This document shows, piece by piece, positions 28,292 through 36,728 of a stretch of 64,000 nt of DNA. The stretch is taken from assembly GCA_027083345.1 (NCBI GenBank), contig JALWOZ010000012.1, positions 4,025 through 68,024 of the forward strand. The letters are read 5' to 3'. This DNA is from Candidatus Kaiserbacteria bacterium. Lineage in GTDB: Bacteria > Patescibacteriota > Minisyncoccia > Phycocordibacterales > UBA2100. The translations under genes and the position numbers were made by a program. The notes beneath the pieces are model-generated. The model saw only the letters and a program-made list of their open reading frames with translations, made no database searches and was not told the DNA's origin. Position 1 is the stretch's first letter. The number at the start of each line of letters is the position of its first letter.

Positions 28292-28684
28292 AACTTATCC
28301 GTTACAATTAAATAGCTAATCACCATACACTAAACCTGCAATTTCTCAATTACACAGTCTTAAAAATGTAGAAACAAATGAGTGTATACTCTTTTGTTTC
28401 GTCCACTTTACCACAGTGCACTCTCTGCTGTGGATTTCGGCTGTCTTTCCAGCTGTCATGTATAGATTAAGGTGCAATACAATTGCCCAATAGCAATAGT
28501 GCTATTATCGACAAGTAAGTCAAGTATGCGTACGCAATACTCGACGGATTCCATTTGGATTGATTCCACGACCAGCTTCCGCTAGCCGTGCCTTGTTACG
28601 ACTTATACCTTGTCACTGAATTTACCTTAGGCTGCCATAAAGACAGACTTTGGGTACTCCCAGCTCCCTTGTATTGACGGGCGG

Positions 28685-29576
28685 ATTGCAATAATGAAGG
28701 TTATCATCTTGCGTTCCCACGTAGCAAACGGTTTTCCCGTACTACGCGAGTCCAATAGTTCACTGATTCATACTTTGCTTAAAAGTACGAATCTTTTCAA
28801 TACCTTTTGGTGTCAGATGCTTACCTTGGCTAACCAAGTCTGCAATCTGACAAAAGATTTTGAAGCTTCTACCTTTAGAGGTAGTCTGCAGTTTATGCTT
28901 TTTGAAAAATGGAATCAGTGTTGACTCTATATCTCTCCAAGCACTTACAGTGTATCTATAACACTGAGTGTGATTTTTACGTTGTTCTTTTTGAAAATAT
29001 ACATTGCCACAATTAAGGGTTTTGCATATTCTATCTAGTATTCCTTTGTCTTTTGCTTGTAATTTTAAGTGAAAGTGCAACTGCACCTTATATCCACTTT
29101 TATAAGCTTTTGACTTAACAATACTGACATAAAAACAACCTTCACCATCAGTGATACCAACAATGTAATCTGCTGATACTATCGGTTTCGTCCTTCCCAT
29201 GCTACTTATTATAACATAACTTGCTATAATTAGATTGACGCATGGTACTACGACTCAGCTGACTTCTCATAACTTCTGACAAAACCTTTTCGGTGTCATG
29301 AGATCTCCCTGGGTCACTCTACATACCATTCTAAACATCCAACTACGACTTTTATCGTATACTTCTTCAATACCCACCAGAGTGAATCGTATACGTCGTT
29401 TTGATTATCATGTATTGCTACATGGAAGGCTGTTCTTCGCTACTTAGACCCTTCAGACGCTCTCTCGCGAGACGCGTCCTGTCTTTTCACTACGCTTATC
29501 TTACAACCGGTTGACTATAAGTAAGGGATTGATTTTAACAATCTGGCATTTTGTAGAGCTGCCAGGCACAGTTATT
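28685..29576 (-). mobile_element. Intervening sequence (intron-like) inside the 16S gene that carries a homing-endonuclease ORF.
   Basis: 16S collinearity with E. coli is broken after ...CCGCCCGTC on one side and resumes at GTACTCACA on the other. The insert is AT/GC-mixed and encodes a LAGLIDADG protein in the same orientation as the rRNA. The group I versus other class was not determined, and the boundaries are accurate to about 2 nt. Confidence 0.7.
28760..29200 (-). CDS. LAGLIDADG-family homing endonuclease (single-motif type).
   Basis: IVGITDGEGCFYVSI is a canonical LAGLIDADG motif. The 146-aa size fits homodimeric I-CreI-like enzymes. It is located inside the rRNA insertion. Confidence 0.75.
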   Translation of the reverse strand: MGRTKPIVSADYIVGITDGEGCFYVSIVKSKAYKSGYKVQLHFHLKLQAKDKGILDRICKTLNCGNVYFQKEQRKNHTQCYRYTVSAWRDIESTLIPFFKKHKLQTTSKGRSFKIFCQIADLVSQGKHLTPKGIEKIRTFKQSMNQ

Positions 29577-31008
29577 TGTGAGTACAAGGCTCGAGAACGT
29601 ATTCACCGTGACTTGCTGATTCACGATTACTAGCGATTCCGACTTCATGAGGTCGAGTTGCAGACCTCAATCCGAACTTGGGCTACTTTTAGGGATTTGC
29701 TCCAGCTTACGCCATCGCGCCCCTCTGTAGTAACCATTGTAGCGTGTGTGCAGCCCGGGATGTCAAAGGGACATGCTGACTTGGCGTCATCCTCACCTTC
29801 CTCCCCCGTGAGGGGGCAGTCTCGCCTGACAAATATAACAGGCAACGAGGGTTGCGTTCGTTACCCCACTTAAGGGAACAATTCAAACCACGAACTGACG
29901 ACAGCCATGCATCACCTGCCTAACACCCTCGAAGGAACCTATCTTTCAATAGGCGTGCAGTTAGGTTTCAAACCCCGGTAAGGTTTTCCGTTTAGCTACG
30001 AATTAAGCCACGCGCTCCACCGCTTGTGCGAGCCCCCGTCTATTCCTTTGAGTTTTAAACTTGCGTTCGTACTACCCAGGCGGTCCGTTTAACGCGTTAG
30101 CTACGTCTCAGAGAGGGTCGATGCTCCCTAAAACTAACGGACAGCGTTTAGGCCTAGGACTACTGGGGTATCTAATCCCATTCGCTACCCTAGGTTTCGT
30201 GTCTCAGCGTCAGGAGTGGTCCAGTGTGTTGCCTTCGCTTTTGGTGTTCCCCAAGATATCAACGGATTTCACCCCTACACCTTGAGTTCCACACACCTCT
30301 ACCATCCTCTAGTGTTGCCGTTTCGCTCGCCTTCCCGGGGTTAGGCCCCGGACTTTAACAAACGACTAACAACACCGCCTACACACCCTTTACGCCCAGT
30401 GAATCCGGGTAACGCTTGAGGCTCACGTATTACCGCTCCTGCTGGCACGTGATTAGGAGCCCCTTATTCATGAGGTAACGTCAATAAACTTCCTCCCTCA
30501 TAAAAGGTATTTACGCACCGAAGTGCTTCATCTACCACGCGGCATCGCACCGTCACACTTTCGTGCATTGCGGATGATTCTCGACTGCAGCCTCCCGTAG
30601 GAGTTTGGACCGTGTCTAAGTTCCAATGGTGGGGGTCAGGCTCTCACCTCCCCTAAGCGTCGTAGCCTTGGTAAGCCATTACCTTACCAACAAGCTGATA
30701 CTAAGCAGGCCGCTCCATAAGCGATAAATCTTTCCTCTTGCGAGATATCGTGTATTATCCTGGATTTCTCCAGGTTATTCACGACTTATGGGTACGTTCC
30801 TACCTGTTACTACCCCGTTTGCCATGGGTCTAACCCATTCGACTTGCATGCCTTATCCATGCCGCCAGCGTTCACCCTGAGCTAGGATCAAACTCTAATT
30901 AAAAAGTGAACGAAACAAAAGAAAATACAATCTTTTGATATCGTGGTTGTTACTGATTCTTTTAAAACGTAATGTTTTGTGTAGTTTAAACTTTTCTAAA
31001 CAAAAAGA

Positions 31009-31037
31009 AATATACAGGTTTTGTATATATGATGCAA
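31009..31037 (-). promoter_or_regulatory. Candidate 16S promoter P2 (TTGCAT, 17 nt spacer, TATATT), about 115 nt upstream of the mature 16S 5' end.
   Basis: The hexamers were read from the reverse complement. The context is AT-rich, so specificity is low. Confidence 0.3.
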
Positions 31038-31153
31038 ATATATACTTAATAAAAAATTAAATATAATTTGCTTCTATCTATTCAATTATCAACGAACTTG
31101 CCCTGAACAAAGTTGAAGGGCTAACTTGAGCGCAAAGCGCACAAGTGTCGCCT

Positions 31154-31181
31154 ATTATACACATAAGTTAATGCTATGCAA
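31154..31181 (-). promoter_or_regulatory. Candidate 16S promoter P1 (TTGCAT, 16 nt spacer, TATAAT), about 260 nt upstream of the 16S 5' end.
   Basis: A perfect -10 hexamer and a good -35 were read from the reverse complement of 31154-31181. Confidence 0.35.
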
Positions 31182-31191
31182 ACGATATTAA

Positions 31192-31659
31192 TTATTTTAT
31201 GTCTACAATCTTCTTGAATCTGACTTCTGAAGAAGGCACATCTTCATCAATATCTTTATAAGCTAAAATATAAGTACTCTTATCTTTTAATACCGCAAAC
31301 TCTTTTCCCGCTCCACCCCAATAGCAAGTGTATGCTGTAATTACCCTATCTTCACTTGTATGAGACATACCATCTGTGCACCCTACCAAAATACCATCAT
31401 CACCTTTTAGAAAATCTGTCATGTTATATGTTGTACCATGTATATTAAGAGACAACTCATAAATAGGAGCACCGTAATCTGTATCACGCACCTTTCGAGA
31501 AAGCCAATGAAAATCAGATCGGTTATACGACTTAGTTTGTACTACATCTTTACTTTCTCTTTTTGTAATTGATTCTGACATATCAAAAAAATACCAAACA
31601 CCTCCCATTACGACTCCACCTATAATTACACCCACCAAAATACATAAAAACTTCTTCAT
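31192..31659 (-). CDS. Small membrane-anchored hypothetical protein.
   Basis: It has an N-terminal TM helix (ILVGVIIGGVVMGGVWYFF). There are no recognisable motifs. Confidence 0.35.
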   Translation of the reverse strand: MKKFLCILVGVIIGGVVMGGVWYFFDMSESITKRESKDVVQTKSYNRSDFHWLSRKVRDTDYGAPIYELSLNIHGTTYNMTDFLKGDDGILVGCTDGMSHTSEDRVITAYTCYWGGAGKEFAVLKDKSTYILAYKDIDEDVPSSEVRFKKIVDIK

Positions 31660-31714
31660 AATATATAATAGTTAAAGAAAAATTAATAAATATTACAAAA
31701 CAAATTATAATATA

Positions 31715-32656
31715 TTATTTAAGCATTCTCCACTTTTTGATCACCACCAAAAGCGGTGAAGCTAAGAATATACTTGAGTATGTTCCAGCTATCACACCTG
31801 CTATGAGTGTTAATGCAAAGTTTTGTGTAACTACCGGGCCTACGAAGTAAAGTGCTAGCAGAACTATAAGAGTAGTGAAGGATGTGTTAACAGAACGAGT
31901 GATTGTCTCGCTAAGCGCCTTGCCCACAGTGTCTCCAAAATCCTCCTCTCTGTTGTGGTCGGCATTATCCTTAAGGTGCTCCCTAACCCGGTCAAACACG
32001 ACAATAGTGTCGTTAACTGAGTAACCAAGTATTGCTAATAGTGCCATTACAAACAATACACCTACCTCAGCCCCGACAAAGTGCCCAAGCAAAGCAAATA
32101 TGCCCACAGGCACAAGCACATCGTGAGCAAGTGCAACAATAGCCACTAAGCCATATATCCAAGAGGACACTCCGTGTGAGTCGCGTATTACAGTGATTAC
32201 ACCTGTTTTAGACGTCTCTGTCCTTACAACAGGAGGCCTGAAGGCAAATGCTATAAACAGCACAATAGCTAGCATCACTAAACCAATGGCCCACAAAGCC
32301 TTGCTCTTAAGCTCTTGCCCAATAGTTGGCCCCACCTCAGAGAAGTTGTTTACAGTTGCTCCTTGCTCACTAATGGTCTTGAGCACCTCTTGCCGTTGTG
32401 TGCTCTCAAGAGTCTTTGTCCTGAGTACAAATCCTCTCTCTCCAGACTGCCTCAGTGAGTACTCTCCAAGGTCATACCCTGAGAGTGCCTCGTCAATAGT
32501 AACCTTAGAACACCCTTGGCAATCAAACTCTACTAATGTACCACCTGTGAAGTCTATACCAAGCTTAAGTCCAAAGAATGCCGTAACACCAATAGACAAA
32601 ACTACTACAATTGTAGTTATTATAAAAAATATTTTTTTATATTTAACTATCTTCAT
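31715..32656 (-). CDS. secF: Protein-export membrane protein SecF.
   Basis: GIDFTGGTLVEF and six TM segments are present. It is adjacent to secD. Confidence 0.85.
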   Translation of the reverse strand: MKIVKYKKIFFIITTIVVVLSIGVTAFFGLKLGIDFTGGTLVEFDCQGCSKVTIDEALSGYDLGEYSLRQSGERGFVLRTKTLESTQRQEVLKTISEQGATVNNFSEVGPTIGQELKSKALWAIGLVMLAIVLFIAFAFRPPVVRTETSKTGVITVIRDSHGVSSWIYGLVAIVALAHDVLVPVGIFALLGHFVGAEVGVLFVMALLAILGYSVNDTIVVFDRVREHLKDNADHNREEDFGDTVGKALSETITRSVNTSFTTLIVLLALYFVGPVVTQNFALTLIAGVIAGTYSSIFLASPLLVVIKKWRMLK

Positions 32657-32658
32657 AC

Positions 32659-34005
32659 TTATGATTTAAATCCATTACTGAATAATTTCTTCACCCAGCC
32701 CTTATTCTCATAGTCTCCGATAGCCAACAAGAATATACGAGTGACTATAATAGCCGTAAACATTGACACAACAACACCAATACCAAATACGAGTGCAAAT
32801 CCTTTAACCAAGCTTGTACCAAACCAAAAGAGTATTATAGCAGTGATGATGCTACTTAAGTTACCATCTCGTATAGAGAGCCACGCACGCTTAAAGGCAG
32901 ATAGCATAGCATTATGCAACCACGTACCTTGCTCTTGTAATTCCTCTTTAAGACGCTCAAATATTAGCACATTTGCGTCCACTGCAAGGCCGATAGATAA
33001 TATAAATCCAGCGATACCAGCTGCTGTGAGTGTAACGGGTAAGAGTTTAAATATTGCAAGCATAATCGCTATATATGTACCAAGTGAAATTGTAGCAATA
33101 ATTCCTGGCACACGATACCAAACAATCAAGAAGAGCGCTACAAAGGCAAGCCCCCAAACTCCAGCAAAAGTCCCTCTCTCAACAGCGTCTGCTCCTAAGC
33201 TAGCTCCAATGGTTTGGGCACTAAGCAAATCTATACTAACTGGTAATGCTCCGTAATTAAGATTGCGCACAAGTTCTCGTGCCTCCACAGGAGTAAAACC
33301 TCCACTGACTGTTGCCTGCCCACCCGGTATCTCCTCTCGTATAACCGGAGTACTTATAGGAGACCCATCTAAAAATATACCCATTACCACCCCGATATTC
33401 TCTTTAGTAAGTTTAGCAAAAAGCTTGCTACCCTCTGAATTAAACTGCAAACTGACTATAGGCTCATTAGCTAGGGCACCTCTACCATTACCAAATTGCA
33501 AAGTTGCTCTCTTTAAATATTTACCTGTCAAGCCAGTACTTTGCCAAGCATTTAATTTTTGTACTTTGCCATCTTTACTCTTAGCCTCAACTGACCTAGC
33601 CAACTTAAACTCTAATACGGGAGTCTTACCTATCATTTTTATAGCCTGCTGAGTATCAGTAATACCAGGTAACTCAACAATAAGCCTATCTTGACCTCCA
33701 CTCTTTTGTGTCTGTACAAGTGGCTCTGCTACACCAAACACATTTACTCTGCGCTCTATAGTATCTCGCAAGGCCTGCATTGAGCTAATACGGTCTGCTT
33801 TTGGTAATGTCTCAGTATTAGCCTTATATAAAAGTAGTGTACCTCCAGATAGGTCTAAGCCAAGCTTAAAAGGATGCGTAGCCGAAGTAGTAGTTGCCTG
33901 TCCGTCAATAGTGGCCACTTGTGGCAATTCACTAGAATATACAAACCAACCAATGCCAAATCCAGCAACAAGTAACATTAGAGCAATAATCCGTGTCTTT
34001 AACAT
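32659..34005 (-). CDS. secD: Protein-export membrane protein SecD.
   Basis: LGLDLSGGTLLLY and the C-terminal TM bundle are present. The start was placed at MLKTRII; the track ORF extends upstream to 34053. Confidence 0.85.
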   Translation of the reverse strand: MLKTRIIALMLLVAGFGIGWFVYSSELPQVATIDGQATTTSATHPFKLGLDLSGGTLLLYKANTETLPKADRISSMQALRDTIERRVNVFGVAEPLVQTQKSGGQDRLIVELPGITDTQQAIKMIGKTPVLEFKLARSVEAKSKDGKVQKLNAWQSTGLTGKYLKRATLQFGNGRGALANEPIVSLQFNSEGSKLFAKLTKENIGVVMGIFLDGSPISTPVIREEIPGGQATVSGGFTPVEARELVRNLNYGALPVSIDLLSAQTIGASLGADAVERGTFAGVWGLAFVALFLIVWYRVPGIIATISLGTYIAIMLAIFKLLPVTLTAAGIAGFILSIGLAVDANVLIFERLKEELQEQGTWLHNAMLSAFKRAWLSIRDGNLSSIITAIILFWFGTSLVKGFALVFGIGVVVSMFTAIIVTRIFLLAIGDYENKGWVKKLFSNGFKS

Positions 34006-34137
34006 TGTGAGGTAGTATATAACCAGGCAAAGATAAAAGCAAATTACTTGCAAAACAAAAACCCCTCAGGCACCAAGACTAATCAAAAAGATTAATCAAA
34101 GTGCCCAAGGGGCAAAAGCCTAATGATTGGTTAGACT

Positions 34138-34851
34138 TTACTTAAGTTGTGGGTTTATGTTGCACGAGAACGCACAACTCCCGATACTCCAACATTCGCC
34201 ATCAGGAATATACGCACTCACTTCCCATCTTCGCAATACACCTCTCCAGCGTACATTAACAGAGAAGATCTCGTTATGGACTCCACGAACATAGAAGATA
34301 TTCCAGTTGCCATTAGTAACGAAAACCGCAGTTCTTCCGTTTTGTTGTTCATCAATCATATAGGCAAGATACGTACAGAAACTGTAAGTATCTTCAAAGA
34401 CATGGTTATTCGGCATTTCCTCTCGAATCTCTGTGTCATCAGCATCTTTTGTGAGACAATAAATTACAATAGTCGCCGATGGTACAGACCCCTGCAACTC
34501 TATAGCCCGTAGTATCTTATCATTGAAATCATCTGATACATATAACCCATTACGAGTCTTGAAGTACCTATATATATTTGGGTTAAAACTAGCCATCCTG
34601 GTTGGCAGTGTAAACTCACTACTACGTTCAAGAGCGCTTTTGGTTATTGAGACTTTTACCTTTCCGGACAGATAGTCCCTAACTGACTGCTCACCACCAA
34701 GTTTTTTAACCAGCGCGTTGAGCTGGCCTACGGTGGGATTTTTCGAAGCAAAATTTGTTATAACATTTCTCCTTGGGCTTCTTTGCCAATTTGACACATC
34801 TAAACCGAGGCAGGTACTGCTCCCACAATGGTCACAGCAATAAAACACCAA
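34138..34851 (-). CDS. Hypothetical protein in a compositionally atypical (GC-elevated) island. The N-terminus is Cys-rich (CCDHCGSSTC).
   Basis: It is a 237-codon ORF with elevated GC. No family was recognised and the start is uncertain. Confidence 0.35.
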   Translation of the reverse strand: MVFYCCDHCGSSTCLGLDVSNWQRSPRRNVITNFASKNPTVGQLNALVKKLGGEQSVRDYLSGKVKVSITKSALERSSEFTLPTRMASFNPNIYRYFKTRNGLYVSDDFNDKILRAIELQGSVPSATIVIYCLTKDADDTEIREEMPNNHVFEDTYSFCTYLAYMIDEQQNGRTAVFVTNGNWNIFYVRGVHNEIFSVNVRWRGVLRRWEVSAYIPDGECWSIGSCAFSCNINPQLK

Positions 34852-34970
34852 TTAATTATATTGGCATCTCTTTGCCATGACCATTTATTTACAACTTATT
34901 ATAAAGGAACTATGACAATCTATACTACAGATACTAAACTGTGTCCAGTTTTGACTGTTGTCGGCGCCAT

Positions 34971-35008
34971 AAAAAAGTCCCTCAATGCACTTAGTGTACG
35001 TAAGGGAC
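34971..35008 (-). terminator. Hairpin terminator after the 200-aa island gene: gtccct-N20-agggac followed by T6 on the minus strand.
   Basis: The inverted repeat plus the aaaaaa run (T-run on the minus strand) are visible. Confidence 0.5.
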
Positions 35009-35038
35009 AAAGGTTCTAAGGTTCAAAGAACTTAGTTC

Positions 35039-35641
35039 TTAGCGACCAAGTTCCTGTTGCGGTACAACCACACGATGACGATCGCCGGCATCCCAGACAC
35101 CGTCGTTCTCGAAGCGATACGTGCACACCTTGAGCTCATCAGAGTCCACGTAGGCATCCGCTACAAACGGAACATCTTCAACCACCAACAGGAAGAAGGT
35201 ACAGTAACCGCCCTGCCGAAGCTTGTCGCGGTGCTCGCGACAAAAATCGATAATCTGCCCCTGTGTAAGGCACAGATCTTTAATTTTGCCGAGAGAGCCA
35301 AACACTTCGCCAAATGTGGCGTTTTTGTTCAACTCTCGCACCTCAACTGGCGCGGCTTTCGTAGCCACACCAGATGACTTGTCTATGCCCCATTCTTTGA
35401 AATCTGGGTCCAGCCATCCGGTGAAGACATCACCGGCATCTGCAATAGTCTCGGTGCCATCCGTTGCACCGACCATGATCACTTCGTCGCCATAAAGGCG
35501 ACGAAGAATCTTTGGTTGAATCAAATCCTGAATTGCCTCTGAAACCGCATCGGGGTCAAGCAATCCTTCACGCACTCTCCAAAACGCATCTGCTTGTTGC
35601 CGTGCGAATCTGCCCAGCACTTCGTCTGATACTTTTTGCAT
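35039..35641 (-). CDS. Hypothetical protein, strongly GC-rich relative to the genome and preceded by an SD-like GAGGA.
   Basis: It is a 200-codon ORF. Its composition is about 20 percentage points above background by eye. No family was recognised. Confidence 0.4.
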   Translation of the reverse strand: MQKVSDEVLGRFARQQADAFWRVREGLLDPDAVSEAIQDLIQPKILRRLYGDEVIMVGATDGTETIADAGDVFTGWLDPDFKEWGIDKSSGVATKAAPVEVRELNKNATFGEVFGSLGKIKDLCLTQGQIIDFCREHRDKLRQGGYCTFFLLVVEDVPFVADAYVDSDELKVCTYRFENDGVWDAGDRHRVVVPQQELGR

Positions 35642-35853
35642 CTGACTATCCTCTTCAGTTTCGCTGTTGAAATTCTAACTCCGCCAACATGACTTCGCCA
35701 CAGCGTAAGATGTTCCTCACACATGAACACATTACGCTACGGCGAAGTTACTGCAAATTAAGCACTTATTAACCTTATTTGTAAAAGGACGAAACTGTTA
35801 AGTTAGTAACATAATATTAGCCTGAAGTCAAGTTCCTACTTAACTAAGTTGCT

Positions 35854-36690
35854 TTAATTCTGTTGTCTTTTCCACTCGTACATAGTTAAAGCTGCAGCTA
35901 CTGATACATTTAGTGACTCTACTCCATTTTGCATTGGTATATGCACTAAGAAGTCGCACTTCTCTTTGGCTATTCTGCTAAGACCACTGCCCTCTGCCCC
36001 TACAACCAACACAGTCTTAGCATCAAACTCTTGCTCCCACATACTCTTGCTAACTTTTTGCCCCGAGTAACGCTCGGGACGATTGTCTGAGAACAATCGG
36101 ATATTCTCTCCTGGTTCAGCATCACTCTCGACTAAGTCTACGCCATATGTCCAGAAGCCTAAGCTCTTAAGCTTCTCTAATGTGTTACTTATATTTGCCA
36201 CCTGCACTATGGGCACCTTCGTAACCACCCCAGCTGAGGTCTTAAACACTGTAGCATTCACCGGCGCTTGGCTAGCATTGGCAACAAATACCGCACTGAC
36301 TCCCGCGGCGCCAGCCGAGCGCACTATTGCTCCGAAGTTTTGCGGATCCTCTATCTTATCAAGTACCAGCACCAGCTCCTTACCTCTCTTCTTGGCTTTG
36401 ATCAGAGCAAGCCAATTCTTAAAATCTAGATATTTAAAAGCTGTCAACTTTGCCATCACCCTTTGTGTGCGCACCTCACCCACTAGTGCCTCAGCCTCTT
36501 TCTTGCTTATATACCGCGTTGGAATCTTAGCACGCTTAACGGAATTAATTATCCCTGCAAAATCATGCTTATCCCTCTGAGTAAAGTCTACAAATACTAC
36601 CTCAGAGACATCTTTAGGCTTGCTACTGAGCAACTCTGCAACGGCATTTTTACCATAAACATAAAATCCATTATTCTTATTGCTGTTCAT
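35854..36690 (-). CDS. rlmB: TrmH/SpoU-family rRNA 2'-O-methyltransferase (RlmB-like).
   Basis: SpoU motifs LVLDKIEDPQNFGAIVRSAGAAG and VGAEGSGLS...ESLNVSVAAA are present, together with an N-terminal substrate-binding domain. Confidence 0.75.
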   Translation of the reverse strand: MNSNKNNGFYVYGKNAVAELLSSKPKDVSEVVFVDFTQRDKHDFAGIINSVKRAKIPTRYISKKEAEALVGEVRTQRVMAKLTAFKYLDFKNWLALIKAKKRGKELVLVLDKIEDPQNFGAIVRSAGAAGVSAVFVANASQAPVNATVFKTSAGVVTKVPIVQVANISNTLEKLKSLGFWTYGVDLVESDAEPGENIRLFSDNRPERYSGQKVSKSMWEQEFDAKTVLVVGAEGSGLSRIAKEKCDFLVHIPMQNGVESLNVSVAAALTMYEWKRQQN

Positions 36691-36728
36691 GATTAGTACA
36701 ATAACATTAGTTATTAGAAAACTCTACA

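Larger units (their letters stand above)
28550..30895 (-). rRNA. rrs: 16S ribosomal RNA gene, interrupted by an insertion of about 0.9 kb near the E. coli position 1390-1400 region.
   Basis: Reverse-strand landmarks are present: AGAGTTTGATCCTAGCTCAG at 30895, GTGCCAGCAGGAGCGGTAATAC at about 30449, GGATTAGATACCCCAGTAGTCC at about 30171, CCGTCTATTCCTTTGAGTTT, ...GACGGGCGG | TGTGAGTACAAGG split across the insertion, and AAGTCGTAACAAGG plus a helix-45 GGAA tetraloop near 28570-28610. The 3' end is approximate. Confidence 0.85.

Noticed and set aside
28071-28545. Possible second intron separating a terminal CCUCCUU exon (28071-28077, minus strand) from the 16S body
   Set aside because: The sequence immediately 3' of helix 45 aligns collinearly with the E. 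coli tail (GGAAUCAAUCC vs GGAUCACCUCC), so a contiguous but degenerate 3' end is the simpler reading. A ~470-nt insert ending in U-run rather than G does not look like a group I intron. Kept as an alternative in finding 2.
29645-30285. Small ORFs (29645..29845, 29658..29873, 30061..30285) inside the 16S gene
   Set aside because: They fall within rRNA sequence with clear 16S landmarks. They are spurious.
35521-35730. 69-aa minus-strand ORF overlapping the start of the 200-aa GC-rich gene
   Set aside because: Largely overlaps the longer, better-supported ORF in another frame. No independent start signals.
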